Shown here: piece after piece, positions 1 through 10,213 of the stretch
Position numbering within the stretch: the first letter of the stretch is position 1
Layout of the letters: each line of letters starts with the position of its first letter
Origin: Cyanobacteria bacterium SIG26
Lineage (GTDB): Bacteria > Cyanobacteriota > Vampirovibrionia > Gastranaerophilales > Gastranaerophilaceae
Assembly: GCA_015152555.1 (NCBI GenBank)
Contig: SUTS01000010.1
Location: 1,138-65,137 of the forward strand
Reading direction: 5' to 3'
DNA length: 64,000 nucleotides
Position numbers and translations under genes: made by a program
The notes under the pieces: model-generated
Seen by the model: only the letters and a program-made list of their open reading frames with translations
Databases searched by the model: none
Told to the model about the DNA's origin: nothing

Positions 1-129
1 TCCGATTTTTTTTGCTAAATTATCAGCTTTTATTAATGGTGTGTTACCTTCGTTAAGTGTGACAATCGGAGTTGTATCTGTTACGGGTAAATATTGTTTA
101 TATTTGTTAATCAATCCTTGATAATACAT
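1..129 (-). CDS. thrC: threonine synthase, N-terminal 43 codons (gene continues beyond window start)
   Basis: Not in the ORF track because there is no stop in the window. Reverse translation from ATG at 129..127 gives MYYQGLINKYKQYLPVTDTTPIVTLNEGNTPLIKADNLAKKIG, the conserved ThrC N-terminus (PIVxLxEGNTPLI). Confidence 0.7.
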   Translation of the reverse strand, partial: MYYQGLINKYKQYLPVTDTTPIVTLNEGNTPLIKADNLAKKIG

Positions 130-274
130 AGTTTGTGTCCTTTTTATACTACAGCTTCAGAGCAATTATACTACAAATTCACAATTCGGGAAAGTTTTTG
201 GCTAAATATCTCCATGTATTTTTATAAGTTGATGGAGATGAATTTTTAGTGGCAGATGTTTTATTTACTATTTT

Positions 275-1123
275 TTACAAACTCAAATAATAATCTTTTA
301 ATAATTTTGCGTCAGTTTCAATATTTGGGCTTTCGCAAACAAGTGCACCTTTAACCCCGAATTCTTTTAACGCTTTTAGCAAATCTTTATAGTTCATATC
401 AGAATCTTCAAGGTTAAGGTGGCATTTTTCACCTTTTTTAGTATATTCTATTCCGGCTAAGTGTGCGTGGAAATTATTAAGAGCGAATTCGCCAAGTTCT
501 GTACCGATTCTATCTAATACTTTGCAAAATTCGTCATAAGTGTTGTATTCACCTGCGGTTCTTGCGTGAATATGTGAAAAATCGATACAAGGTAATACTT
601 GATCAAATTCTTTTGAAAGTCTGATTATTTCTTCATAATCTCCCCACTGAGAAGCTTTTCCGGTTGTTTCAGGTCTAATCCAAACTTTGATATTGTTCTC
701 ATTTAATGTTGTAAGAATCTTTTGTGTTTGTGTTTTAACTTGGTTGTATGCTGTTTCAGCATCAGAGCCCATGTAAAATGCCGCATGATATGTTATACTG
801 TAGCCGTTAAAATCGTGTGTAGCTTTTGCTGTTTCGATAATTCTTTGTACGCTTGCTTCAACTTTTTCTTCTTCTTTTGAATTAAGGTTTACATAAAATG
901 GCGCATGCGCTGTTAAGATAAACCCTTTTTCTTTTTGTAAATTGTTTAAAAATGCGCGGGTATCATCTGACATTCTAACTCCGTGTACAAATTCAACTTC
1001 CATACCGTCCAAATTCATATTTTCAATGATTTCAAACGCTTTTGGGTATCCTCCTTTGCCGGTAGATAAAGGCATTCCGGCTGTTAGAAAATTTAGTTTA
1101 TTCATTTTATCAGTATTTTGCAC
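275..1123 (-). CDS. TIM-barrel AP-endonuclease family 2 / xylose-isomerase-like protein (endonuclease IV-like)
   Basis: 282-aa ORF with a GTG start and GGAGGA 4 nt upstream. The motif order HAPFYVNL, YHAAF, RPETTG, CIDFSHIHAR, HAHLAGIE, CESP follows the Nfo-type metal-ligand pattern. Confidence 0.55.
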   Translation of the reverse strand: MQNTDKMNKLNFLTAGMPLSTGKGGYPKAFEIIENMNLDGMEVEFVHGVRMSDDTRAFLNNLQKEKGFILTAHAPFYVNLNSKEEEKVEASVQRIIETAKATHDFNGYSITYHAAFYMGSDAETAYNQVKTQTQKILTTLNENNIKVWIRPETTGKASQWGDYEEIIRLSKEFDQVLPCIDFSHIHARTAGEYNTYDEFCKVLDRIGTELGEFALNNFHAHLAGIEYTKKGEKCHLNLEDSDMNYKDLLKALKEFGVKGALVCESPNIETDAKLLKDYYLSL

Positions 1124-1138
1124 ACTTCCTCCAGTAAA

Positions 1139-1537
1139 TTAAACTTTTACACTAAGTAAATTTTCTAAGATTTCGCAAGCATCAGCAACAAGTTTTGTGC
1201 AATGTTCTTTTCTCGCACTTCCAACAAGACCTGCGCTAAGTACTTTGCAACAGGTAACTTTGTTTCTGTTTTTGAATTCTTCAACTAATGCGGCAGCTTT
1301 TTCTCTTGCAAAAACTTGGTTATTAAATTTGTTATTTCTTCCGAAGTGATATCCTAAAACCATTTGTGCTGCAGCAATTGCGCCACACAAGCATCCTGAT
1401 GACATTCCTGCTGAAAATGTTGTGGCACAAGGTAATAATTCTTTATCGCAAATATCTGCTTCAACACAAGCTTGTATAATACTTTCAGAACAAGAATAAC
1501 CGTTTTTAAATAACTCTAATGCTCTATTTTTTAACAT
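1139..1537 (-). CDS. C_GCAxxG_C_C family protein
   Basis: 132-aa ORF with SGCLCGAIAAAQMVLG and additional conserved Cys residues (CSES, TCCKV), typical of the C_GCAxxG_C_C family. Confidence 0.6.
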   Translation of the reverse strand: MLKNRALELFKNGYSCSESIIQACVEADICDKELLPCATTFSAGMSSGCLCGAIAAAQMVLGYHFGRNNKFNNQVFAREKAAALVEEFKNRNKVTCCKVLSAGLVGSARKEHCTKLVADACEILENLLSVKV

Positions 1538-1554
1538 ACTTTAATTCCTTTTTT

Positions 1555-1974
1555 TTAATTTTTTACATAAAAATTCGCACTTGTCAAAATTTTTGTTGGG
1601 TAGTCTCTTGAATATACTTTCATTACAAATACACCATTTTGGTTAATTACAATATAATCAGTATAAAAATTATGTTGCTGTGTTTTTAGTTTAACTCTTT
1701 TTCCCCAAACAATCTCATGACCAAACCTTTCGTCTTTATCGCCTCCAACTTTAAATATTTGTATAAGAAGTGATTTTTTGTATAATTTTTCCGGGAATCC
1801 AATCAGGTAATAAATTCTTTCTCCGGAATTAAATTCGTTGGTATTACTCGTTGATGTAATTGTTTCGTTTGTGATTGGATGTTTGTTAAACAAAATAAAA
1901 GTTTTTTCTTTTGCTTGTGCGCTATTAAAACAAAAAATCAATACTGTTACTAAAAACAAAATAAGTTTTTTCAT
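1555..1974 (-). CDS. secreted hypothetical protein
   Basis: 139-aa ORF with an N-terminal signal peptide (MKKLILFLVTVLIFCFNSAQA|KE). No recognisable domain. Confidence 0.5.
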   Translation of the reverse strand: MKKLILFLVTVLIFCFNSAQAKEKTFILFNKHPITNETITSTSNTNEFNSGERIYYLIGFPEKLYKKSLLIQIFKVGGDKDERFGHEIVWGKRVKLKTQQHNFYTDYIVINQNGVFVMKVYSRDYPTKILTSANFYVKN

Positions 1975-1976
1975 AG

Positions 1977-4076
1977 TTATTGTAATTCTTTTATTTTATT
2001 TTGTACCGTGTTTATCATTTCTTTATCATTACTATGTTTTGTAAAAAGTTTATAGTTTTTAATAGCATCTGCGGTTTTACCTTGATGCTCTAATGTATTT
2101 GCAAGCGCATAGTATGCATACCCGTAATTGTAGTCGGTATCCAAAGAAATGACGCGTTCGAAACTTTTTTGAGCTTCGATTAAATTGTTTTCATTGATAT
2201 ATGCAATACCTAAATTAAACCAACCGTCAGTATAATCAGGATTTACGATTATTGATTTTTGATAATAATTAACAGCTTTGGTATGATCCTGTTTTAATTG
2301 ATAAATATTACCGATTTTTAGTAAAGTTGTTGCATCATTTGGTACTAATTGTAATGCATCTTGGTATTTTTTTACCGCGGCATCGTAATTGTTGTTTTTG
2401 AAGTTTTTGTCACCTTCGAGAATTAAATCTTCGTTTTGTTTTATTGTAATATTTGAGGTTGTTTTTACAAGTGGTTGAACTATTACTTCTTCTTGTTTTT
2501 TTACAACGGTTGTTGGTTTTTCATTTTCATCAATAGTAATGTTTATTTCCGGTAATTTTTCTACTTGTTCGTTTGTTTGAGTTGTAGTTTTCGGTTTGTA
2601 TAATGAGGAAATAAAGTCACTGTATTCTGCAGAATATACGGTTTTATCCGGATCAATAGAAATAGCTTTTTCATAGTTTTCAGAAGCTTTTGTATTATCA
2701 CCTGTCGCCCTATAAACTTTAGCAAGACCGTAATATGCATAACCATCGTTATAACCGTTTTTTATTGCATTTTTAAAATTAGTAATCGCATCACCGTAAT
2801 TCTGTACAGCAATCAATTCGTGTCCTCTTGAAACTAATGCGTCATTTAAATTTGCCTTGATTGTAGAATCACTTTTTTCTGCTAATAATTCTTGATATAA
2901 AATTATAGCATCTTGATATTTTTCTAGTGCGTGTAAAGCAAGAGCTTTGTTATATTTTACGCTGTAGTCATTAGGATTATTTGCCAAAATTTCATCATAA
3001 TATTTCAATGCTTCATCATAGTTTTTTTTGTTATGATAACAAAAAGCGATTTCTTTTTTTATGTTTATATCATTGTTGTCTTTGTTTAACACAATTAAAT
3101 AATTCTCTAAAGCCTTGTCATAGTTATTTAATTTTTTGTACACAGATGCAATATTCTTGTATCCAACAATATCATTTGGAAAAGCTTTGATATACATGTT
3201 GTACTGTGCAATTGCTTCAGTATTTTTATTCATATCTGCAAGTAGATTTGCATAATCAAGTCTTACTGTGTTAAGGTTTGGAATTTTAGCCAAAACTACT
3301 TGATATTCTTCGTAAGACATTTCATTTTTGCCCAAATCTTGATAAGCTTGTGCTAAGCCCAAATGTGCAGAAGTATTATCCGGATTTATTTCAACTGCTG
3401 TTTCTAACATTTCAACGGCTTTTTCTGCATCGTTTGTGTTTAGTAGAGCTAAACCATATTCTGTGAAATTTTTAAAATTATCAGGATTTCTGTCGTAAAT
3501 TCTTTTATATTGTCTTGCTGCATTTTTGTAATCTTTTATTGCTGAATATGATGCCGCTAAATTTTCTCTGGAATCTATATGTTGAGAATAAGTTTCTAAA
3601 AAAGTATTATAATTTTTTATCGCGTTGTTGTAATCGTGTAATTGATATTGAACATTTGCGATATTGTAGTAATTATATTTGTATTCCGGAAAGATATCCA
3701 AAGCTTTTTCATAAGAAGCAAGAGCTTCTTTGTATTTGCCTTGAGTTTCATAAATGCTACCGATACTGATATAAACAAATGCATCGTCAGGTTTTAATTC
3801 AATAACTTTTTTGTAAGTCGCCAAAGCTTTATCGGTTTCGTCAATTTCTGTGTAAAGTCCTGCAAGTTTTGTGTATAACATAGCTTCAGAACTTGATATT
3901 TGAATGGCTTGTTCAAGTTTTGTGATAGCTTCTTTCAAATCTTGTTGATGTTCCGCACTACAAGCTTCTTGATATAATCTGCTGGCATCAGGTGACATTT
4001 GGGCCGGTGCAGGTGCTATATTTAATGCTAATGTTGAAATCAAGATAGTTGATAATAAATGTTTTTTTATGTTCAT
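1977..4076 (-). CDS. secreted tetratricopeptide (TPR) repeat protein
   Basis: 699-aa ORF with a signal peptide (LALNIAPAPAQ). Contains many 34-residue A/Y/G-patterned TPR units (e.g. AxxxYxKALxxxPxxxxAxxNLG). Confidence 0.75.
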   Translation of the reverse strand: MNIKKHLLSTILISTLALNIAPAPAQMSPDASRLYQEACSAEHQQDLKEAITKLEQAIQISSSEAMLYTKLAGLYTEIDETDKALATYKKVIELKPDDAFVYISIGSIYETQGKYKEALASYEKALDIFPEYKYNYYNIANVQYQLHDYNNAIKNYNTFLETYSQHIDSRENLAASYSAIKDYKNAARQYKRIYDRNPDNFKNFTEYGLALLNTNDAEKAVEMLETAVEINPDNTSAHLGLAQAYQDLGKNEMSYEEYQVVLAKIPNLNTVRLDYANLLADMNKNTEAIAQYNMYIKAFPNDIVGYKNIASVYKKLNNYDKALENYLIVLNKDNNDINIKKEIAFCYHNKKNYDEALKYYDEILANNPNDYSVKYNKALALHALEKYQDAIILYQELLAEKSDSTIKANLNDALVSRGHELIAVQNYGDAITNFKNAIKNGYNDGYAYYGLAKVYRATGDNTKASENYEKAISIDPDKTVYSAEYSDFISSLYKPKTTTQTNEQVEKLPEINITIDENEKPTTVVKKQEEVIVQPLVKTTSNITIKQNEDLILEGDKNFKNNNYDAAVKKYQDALQLVPNDATTLLKIGNIYQLKQDHTKAVNYYQKSIIVNPDYTDGWFNLGIAYINENNLIEAQKSFERVISLDTDYNYGYAYYALANTLEHQGKTADAIKNYKLFTKHSNDKEMINTVQNKIKELQ

Positions 4077-4112
4077 TACTCCTCAATCCTTTCTTGCATT
4101 TTATCACAAAAT

Positions 4113-5021
4113 TTACACTTGTGTAAAGCTATCAGAGTATACTTTTTTGTTTAATAAAATCATTGCTGTTTTTATAATATTTTGTTCTTCTTGATTGTTT
4201 TTGTCAAATTCTATATCATCAATATCTCCAAAGTTTTTAATCATTTGAGCAAGTTTTAAATATAAATAATCAATATTCGTTTTTGGTGAATTAGTATCGA
4301 GCATTTTAAAGATTCTTACTAATTCCAAATCCATTGCGTCCATAATGACAGCGTCTAACCCTGCGCCGTAGGCCATTGCACCGAAAACACGATTGATCAG
4401 TGGTTTGATGTTTTTGGGCGCTCCGTTTGAAATATTTGAAAGCCCAATGACGGTATTTACTTTTGGTTCAAAGCTTTCTTTGATCATTTGAATGGTGTTT
4501 AAAGCTTCTGTTGCTTGGCTTTGATCAACATTAATCGGTAAAACTAATGGGTCAAAATAAATTTTGCTACTTTCGATTTCTTTTTCCTTACATTTTTCAT
4601 AGATTTCGAATACGATTTCTAAACGTCCGTCAGCGGTTTTTGGAATTCCTGTTTCTTTTGATAATGCGAGGGCGATTAAATTACAGTTCGTTTCTGCGGT
4701 TAAATCTGTTAGAGTTTCTAATCTTTCGGCATCTTTTGATGTGCTATTAATAAAACATTGAGAGGGGTTATGTACTGTTAAAATTCCGTTTTTGATAGCG
4801 TTTGTATTTGTTGAATCAAATGAGATAGGTTTATTTGATAGTGAAATTAGCCACTCAAAAATATTTTCAAGATTATTTTTTGCCGGTCCGATATTAAAAT
4901 CAAGGCAATCCATATTTTCTTGAATTTTTATCAAATTTTTGACAAAATTTTCGTCTTTTTTTTCAAGAGCTTCCCTTACCGTTTTTGAAATTATATGTAT
5001 ATTTTCGCCTATTAGTATCAT
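4113..5021 (-). CDS. pterin-binding domain protein (dihydropteroate synthase-like / methyltetrahydrofolate methyltransferase-like)
   Basis: 302-aa ORF. LIGENIH near the N-terminus and GLSNISNGAP...GAGLDAVIMD match the pterin-binding barrel of MetH/AcsE-type methyltransferases. Confidence 0.55.
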   Translation of the reverse strand: MILIGENIHIISKTVREALEKKDENFVKNLIKIQENMDCLDFNIGPAKNNLENIFEWLISLSNKPISFDSTNTNAIKNGILTVHNPSQCFINSTSKDAERLETLTDLTAETNCNLIALALSKETGIPKTADGRLEIVFEIYEKCKEKEIESSKIYFDPLVLPINVDQSQATEALNTIQMIKESFEPKVNTVIGLSNISNGAPKNIKPLINRVFGAMAYGAGLDAVIMDAMDLELVRIFKMLDTNSPKTNIDYLYLKLAQMIKNFGDIDDIEFDKNNQEEQNIIKTAMILLNKKVYSDSFTQV

Positions 5022-5237
5022 ACGAAAATTTTATCATAAAAATCGCAAAAATATATCAAAATTTTTGTTTGTGTGCAAAATGTTATAAAAACAAAACTGC
5101 TTAATAAAAATTTACAATAAAAAAGCCCGTAATTCTAACAAAAAATATTTTGTTTCCGGTTTGTAGCTAGTAAAACCATGAGGAATATGTTATAATGAGG
5201 AATAAGGTTCTCACGGTTAAATTAAAGGAGTACGTTT

Positions 5238-5396
5238 ATGACAGTAACTATTTCTGAAAAGGAAACTAAAAAAGTAAAACCTAAATTCAATGATGAATTT
5301 GAAAACTACTTAAAAAGTCAATGTACAAAAACAACATTTAATGGCTCTGAATTAGAATCTTTTTCTTGGTATAAGAAAGCGTTAGGTCTAATTTAG
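5238..5396 (+). CDS. small hypothetical protein (52 aa), below the ORF-track cutoff
   Basis: ATG is 7 nt after AAAGGAG. Translation is MTVTISEKETKKVKPKFNDEFENYLKSQCTKTTFNGSELESFSWYKKALGLI. A clean hairpin plus T-run lies 25 nt after the TAG. Confidence 0.45.
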   Translation: MTVTISEKETKKVKPKFNDEFENYLKSQCTKTTFNGSELESFSWYKKALGLI

Positions 5397-5418
5397 ACAA
5401 AGAAGTATTGAAGATATC

Positions 5419-5447
5419 AAAACCGGCGGTAATAGCCGGTTTTTTTG
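5419..5447 (+). terminator. rho-independent terminator
   Basis: AACCGGC-GGTAATA-GCCGGTT followed by TTTTTT. Confidence 0.6.
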
Positions 5448-5515
5448 TTGTTAAAAATTGTTTTTGTAGTAAAATATAGTTTGTAAACACGGATACAAAA
5501 GGAAAGGATATTGAA

Positions 5516-7198
5516 ATGACAAAACTTTCACCATTACAAATTGAAAGATTAAAGTACCAACCAAAACTTCCTTCAAGCTTACGTTCCGGCGTAAATTTTT
5601 TGGAATTGGTTGAGGGATCTGCAACTGAATCAGTTAGAGATCAAGAGCAAATTAAAGAATTATTTGCAAATACTTACGGTAAACCGACTGTAACTTTTAG
5701 TTCTACATCATCATCTTCAACATCAGAAGTAAAAAATGTTGGTGTAATTTTATCAGGTGGTCAGGCTCCTGGTGGTCATAACGTTATTGCTGGTTTATAT
5801 GATGCGTTGAAAAATGCAAACTCATCAAACAAATTATATGGTTTCTTAGGTGGTCCATCTGGTATTATTGATGGCAAATATATTGAGTTCACGGATGAAT
5901 TTATTGATGAATACAGAAACACAGGTGGTTTTGATATTATTGGTTCAGGTAGAACTAAATTAGAAACTGAAGAACAGTTCCAAAAATCATTAGCTGTTTG
6001 CCAAAAATTAAACATTTCTGCGGTTGTAATTATCGGTGGAGATGATTCAAATACAAATGCTGCATTATTGGCTGAGTGGTTTGTGAAAAATAATACTGGT
6101 ATTCAAGTTATTGGTTGTCCAAAAACCATTGATGGCGATTTGAAAAATGAACAAATCGAAATTTCTTTTGGTTTTGATACAGCTACAAAAACTTATGCTG
6201 AATTGATTGGTAACATTCAAAGAGACGCAAATTCAGCTAAAAAATATTGGCACTTTATTAAAATTATGGGTAGAAGTGCATCACACGTTGCGTTAGAAGC
6301 TGCTTTGCAAACTCAACCAAATATCACATTGATTTCTGAAGAAGTACAAGAAAAGAAAATGTCACTTTCTTCAATTATAGATTATATGTCTGATATTATT
6401 GTTAAACGTTCAAATAATGGTAAAAACTTCGGGATTGCTGTTATTCCTGAAGGTTTGATAGAGTTTATTCCTGAAATGGGTTCAATGATTTCTAATTTGA
6501 ATGATATTATGGCAACATTAGAAACTGATCCAAGTTTTGTTAATGCAACAACAATAAGAGAAAAATTTGATATTGTTGAAAATAGATTAGATTCAGCAAA
6601 TGCTGCTGTATATTCATCACTTCCTGCATTAATTAAAGAACAATTATTAGCAGATAGAGATCCACATGGTAATGTACAGGTTTCAAAAATTGAAACAGAA
6701 AAATTGTTAATCGAAATGATTTCAACAAAACTTGATGAATTAAAATCACAAGGTGATTTTATTGGTAAATTCTCAGCACAATCACATTTCTTTGGTTATG
6801 AAGGTCGTTGTGCATTCCCATCAAATTTTGACGCTGATTATTGTTATTCACTAGGTTATAATGCTTTTGCGTTGATTAATTTTGGTTTAACAGGTTATTT
6901 ATCATCAGTTAGAAACTTGACACAGCCAGCAGACCAATGGATTGCAGGTGGTGTACCTCTTACAATGATGATGAATATGGAAAAACGTCACGGTGAAATG
7001 AAACCGGTTATTCAAAAAGCATTAGTAAGATTGGATGGACCTGTATTCAAACAGTTGGCTGATAACAGACAAGACTGGGCTTTAAATGATAGATATTTAT
7101 TCCCTGGTGCGGTTCAATATTTTGGACCAAGCTCTGTTTGTGATATTACAACAGTAACTTTACAACTAGAAAGAAGTAAAGAATTAGCTTCTGTATAA
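5516..7198 (+). CDS. pfp: diphosphate--fructose-6-phosphate 1-phosphotransferase (PPi-dependent phosphofructokinase, long type)
   Basis: 560-aa ORF. Motifs [29 protein letters not shown] and MGR are the PFK active-site blocks, in the ~550-aa PPi-PFK architecture. Confidence 0.85.
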   Translation: MTKLSPLQIERLKYQPKLPSSLRSGVNFLELVEGSATESVRDQEQIKELFANTYGKPTVTFSSTSSSSTSEVKNVGVILSGGQAPGGHNVIAGLYDALKNANSSNKLYGFLGGPSGIIDGKYIEFTDEFIDEYRNTGGFDIIGSGRTKLETEEQFQKSLAVCQKLNISAVVIIGGDDSNTNAALLAEWFVKNNTGIQVIGCPKTIDGDLKNEQIEISFGFDTATKTYAELIGNIQRDANSAKKYWHFIKIMGRSASHVALEAALQTQPNITLISEEVQEKKMSLSSIIDYMSDIIVKRSNNGKNFGIAVIPEGLIEFIPEMGSMISNLNDIMATLETDPSFVNATTIREKFDIVENRLDSANAAVYSSLPALIKEQLLADRDPHGNVQVSKIETEKLLIEMISTKLDELKSQGDFIGKFSAQSHFFGYEGRCAFPSNFDADYCYSLGYNAFALINFGLTGYLSSVRNLTQPADQWIAGGVPLTMMMNMEKRHGEMKPVIQKALVRLDGPVFKQLADNRQDWALNDRYLFPGAVQYFGPSSVCDITTVTLQLERSKELASV

Positions 7199-7216
7199 GT
7201 TGAATAATGAGGAATA

Positions 7217-7253
7217 AAACAAGGCGGCGAGTTTTCTCGCCGCCTTGTTTGTA
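7217..7253 (+). terminator. rho-independent terminator of pfp
   Basis: 14-bp GC-rich stem AAACAAGGCGGCGA / TCGCCGCCTTGTTT with loop GTTTTC. Confidence 0.75.
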
Positions 7254-7316
7254 ATATAAGAAAATCGTAAAAAGTGTGAGAAACACTTATGTGGTTCTCG
7301 TCCTACTGACAGCATT

Positions 7317-7342
7317 AAAAAAGGACAGGTATGAACCTATCC
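7317..7342 (-). terminator. terminator downstream of tRNA-Ile
   Basis: On the minus strand: GGATAGG-TTCATA-CCTGTCC followed by TTTTTT. Confidence 0.55.
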
Positions 7343-7352
7343 TTCTTTAATC

Positions 7353-7426
<74 letters not shown>

Positions 7427-7490
7427 TTATATCGCGTATCAAATGCGTTTACATCTGATATAGAAATCTTCAATTGTCACTTGAGCATTT

Positions 7491-7572
7491 GAGACCCTTA
7501 TCAGGCCTCTCGAAAAACAATTATTAATTGTTTTTCTCGGCAGAGTGCTCTAACCACCTGAGCTAGCAGCCC
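7491..7572 (-). pseudogene. decayed copy of the tRNA-Ile 5' half with an internal hairpin insertion
   Basis: 7547..7572 is identical to 7401..7426 (acceptor 5' strand plus D-arm, 26 nt). 7495..7505 repeats the anticodon-loop string CCCTTATCAGG. An 11-bp hairpin (7512..7536) lies between them. No T-arm or 3' acceptor follows. Confidence 0.5.
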
Positions 7573-7602
7573 ATACATCGTGCTAGTGCTTCTGCATGTA
7601 CA

Positions 7603-7631
7603 AATGTACTATAAACATTTTTTAAAGTCAA
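7603..7631 (-). promoter_or_regulatory. candidate sigma70 promoter for the pseudo-tRNA/tRNA-Ile transcript
   Basis: Minus strand TTGACT (7631..7626), 17 nt spacer, TACATT (7608..7603). This is about 30 nt upstream of the pseudo-tRNA copy. Confidence 0.3.
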
Positions 7632-7752
7632 ATGTTTCTTTAAAAAAAAGAAACTGCTGAAATATTCAACAGTTTCCCTTCCTTTTCTTTAAATAAAAAA
7701 CTATATTTTATATTATCCCGAACTGCTTGTAAGATAATATTTTTGTCTGGAT

Positions 7753-8184
7753 TTATAAATTGATTTTTTGTTCAAAATTCTTTCTAATTTTTGTTTTTGC
7801 TTTTTCTAAATTTTTAATTCTTTTTTCTGCTTGTTTGATTTTTTTCTTTGCAGCTTTTCTTTCTTCTTTTGTTGTTTTTAATCTGCCGTCGATTTCAGTG
7901 TAATTTGCTCTGTAATCTAACAATTGGTTTCTAACTTCAACTTGTGCGTTATCTAATTGTAAAATAGCGCTTTGCATTTTCATGCCACCTGTAACTTGGC
8001 TTGGATCTAGCATTACATTGCTATTTTCATCAACAGTTGCCGTAATTTTTTTTGTAGTATTTGTTTTTACTGCGCTGCTATCGTCGAAATTTAATGGCGT
8101 AAATGTTGTTGCCGCTAATGTTGCGCTACCTGTTAAAATCATAATACTTAGTGCTGTTGCCATAGCTTTAGATATTTTTTTCAT
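7753..8184 (-). CDS. secreted coiled-coil protein, hypothetical
   Basis: 143-aa ORF with a signal peptide (ILTGSATLAA). The C-terminal half is Lys/Glu-rich with heptad-like spacing. Confidence 0.5.
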   Translation of the reverse strand: MKKISKAMATALSIMILTGSATLAATTFTPLNFDDSSAVKTNTTKKITATVDENSNVMLDPSQVTGGMKMQSAILQLDNAQVEVRNQLLDYRANYTEIDGRLKTTKEERKAAKKKIKQAEKRIKNLEKAKTKIRKNFEQKINL

Positions 8185-8277
8185 ATTTCTTCCTCCATAA
8201 GTATAGTCGTAACCATTAATCTAATTTTAATCTATTTTTTTTCTTATAAAAAGAAATTTACATATTTTAATACAAAA

Positions 8278-9093
8278 TTATTTTTGAATTATCATAAATG
8301 ATTTAAGCATTCTTCCGGCTCCATCACCTTTTTTTGAGATAACTTCAAGTTTATTTTTATAGTTCATTGAAGTTGAGCTTCCTCCGTCAAATGCCATTGC
8401 TCTGTCCAATCCAAGTTTTTTACATAATTCGTGAACTTCGTACATATCCATAGGGTTTTCATCTGTGATGATAAGAATATGACATTCGTTTGTTCCTTTT
8501 ATACCGATAATTGTTCTGGAGGTTTTGTGTAGAACTGATGCGGATTCTCTTATAACTTTTCCGTCTTTGTCTTTTACAATAAAACCTTCTTCTTCTAATT
8601 TTAAGTCTGGATAAATCAGTGGTCCGCCTTGTGCTGATGTTTCTAATGAGCAACTGAAAGGCACTTCTGCTGAATGAGGGCTGATACTATACTCAAATTT
8701 ATTCCCGCATTGCATAATTCTAAACTCCGAACGGTTTAATATAGTTTTCATGTTTTTTCTAAAAAAAGGGTTTGCCAAAAGTGCGCTGTTAAACATTGGG
8801 TCTGCTGCGGTCATTCTGTCTGTAATAATATAGGATATTGTTTTGCCGTTTTTTGGATCAAAAAATCCGGCATTAATTGTAAGAATTGAGCGACCTTTTA
8901 TATGTGCTTCTCTGTTAGTAATCAAGTCTTCTGATGCGACAAATTTGATTTTCTTCTTTATTTTTTCGCCTTTTAAAACAATATGATAAATTCCGTCATT
9001 TTTTTCGATGGAGATATCTTTTGCTATGCAAGTGTTTGGTATGCATAAAATAGTAAAAAGAATTGAACAAAGTATATATTTCAACAGTTTCAT
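8278..9093 (-). CDS. phosphodiester glycosidase (DUF2233/NAGPA-like) family protein
   Basis: 271-aa ORF with a signal peptide. INAGFFDP and AFDGGSSTSM blocks are typical of this family. Confidence 0.5.
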   Translation of the reverse strand: MKLLKYILCSILFTILCIPNTCIAKDISIEKNDGIYHIVLKGEKIKKKIKFVASEDLITNREAHIKGRSILTINAGFFDPKNGKTISYIITDRMTAADPMFNSALLANPFFRKNMKTILNRSEFRIMQCGNKFEYSISPHSAEVPFSCSLETSAQGGPLIYPDLKLEEEGFIVKDKDGKVIRESASVLHKTSRTIIGIKGTNECHILIITDENPMDMYEVHELCKKLGLDRAMAFDGGSSTSMNYKNKLEVISKKGDGAGRMLKSFMIIQK

Positions 9094-9094
9094 A

Positions 9095-10213
9095 TTATAA
9101 ATCCTTTGATTTGTAGAACGCGCAAATAGCTATAATAAATGCTATAGTCGGGAATGTTGATGTGATATATGGCGATAAAATCCCTTTTTCTGCTAATAAA
9201 TCAAAAAATGGTAATGTTATGTAGTAAACAAATATACATCCTATTGCAATTGTAAAACCAATGAGTCTTTGTTCTCTTGGTTTGCTAAAGCCAAGTAGTG
9301 AACCTAATATAGCAAGTATTATACAAATAAGCGGATGGAAAAACCTTTGCAAATATTTGTTTAGTGTTCCGTTGTATTCTTCTGACAGATTTTCTTTCTT
9401 GAGAAGTTGTACGTAATTTTTTAAATCTTTGTTATTAATATCTCGTTCTTTAACATTTGAATAATTCATCAATGTGAATGCATTTTTGGCAGATTCTCCA
9501 TTAAGTACGTTCATTTTATCGATATGTTGTATATCAAAATAAATACCATCATTAGATATTTTATAGTTAGTAATATCTTCAAGTGTCCATTTGTCATCGT
9601 AAGCAATACCGCGTTTTGCGGAATAAATATTAGATAACTGATGGACATCTTGGTATACTTGGCTTGAAAAGTCTAAAACGATTACATCTTGAAGTTTTCT
9701 ATCCATAGATTTTGAAACGACAACTGCTATCAAAGGATGCCCTGTACTATCTTTTTGAGTATAAATATACTGTGCTGTTCTGATAGAACCTTTTATAGCT
9801 CTTGTTTTTTCGGCTGCCATTGGAGTTCCTTTATCTCCGGTAATAAAGCACAAGAATGTAAAAATGATACTTAAAACAATTACAGGTGCAACAATTCTTG
9901 GAAATGACATTCCAACAGCTCTGAATATAGTTAGTTCAGAATCTTTACTCATTTTATCGAATGTAAATAAAGTTCCTAATAATAAACCTACAGGAAATGC
10001 TTTATCCAAGATTTTTGGTAATTCATAAAAAAGTAATAATAGTGCGGTTTTAAATCCATATTCACCTGATAGTGCCGCTTTAATTGTGTTTAGTAATGTT
10101 TCCGGCGCAATCCAAACAATTGTAAATAACAAAATTGCAACACAAGAAGCCAGTGCTACTTGTTTAAACATGTATTTATCATATATTGTGATTTTAGGAA
10201 ATTTGAATTTCAT
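9095..10213 (-). CDS. LptF/LptG family LPS export permease
   Basis: 372 aa. Three N-terminal TM segments, a large periplasmic loop and three C-terminal TM segments (YjgP/YjgQ layout). The start overlaps the lptB stop (TAATG). Confidence 0.7.
   Translation of the reverse strand: MKFKFPKITIYDKYMFKQVALASCVAILLFTIVWIAPETLLNTIKAALSGEYGFKTALLLLFYELPKILDKAFPVGLLLGTLFTFDKMSKDSELTIFRAVGMSFPRIVAPVIVLSIIFTFLCFITGDKGTPMAAEKTRAIKGSIRTAQYIYTQKDSTGHPLIAVVVSKSMDRKLQDVIVLDFSSQVYQDVHQLSNIYSAKRGIAYDDKWTLEDITNYKISNDGIYFDIQHIDKMNVLNGESAKNAFTLMNYSNVKERDINNKDLKNYVQLLKKENLSEEYNGTLNKYLQRFFHPLICIILAILGSLLGFSKPREQRLIGFTIAIGCIFVYYITLPFFDLLAEKGILSPYITSTFPTIAFIIAICAFYKSKDL

Noticed and set aside
2561-3769. Short ORFs 2561..2746, 2981..3190 and 3515..3769 inside the TPR gene
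   Set aside because: They lie antisense or out of frame within a well-supported 699-aa TPR ORF. Their low-complexity Leu/Phe/Cys-rich translations are typical of shadow ORFs.
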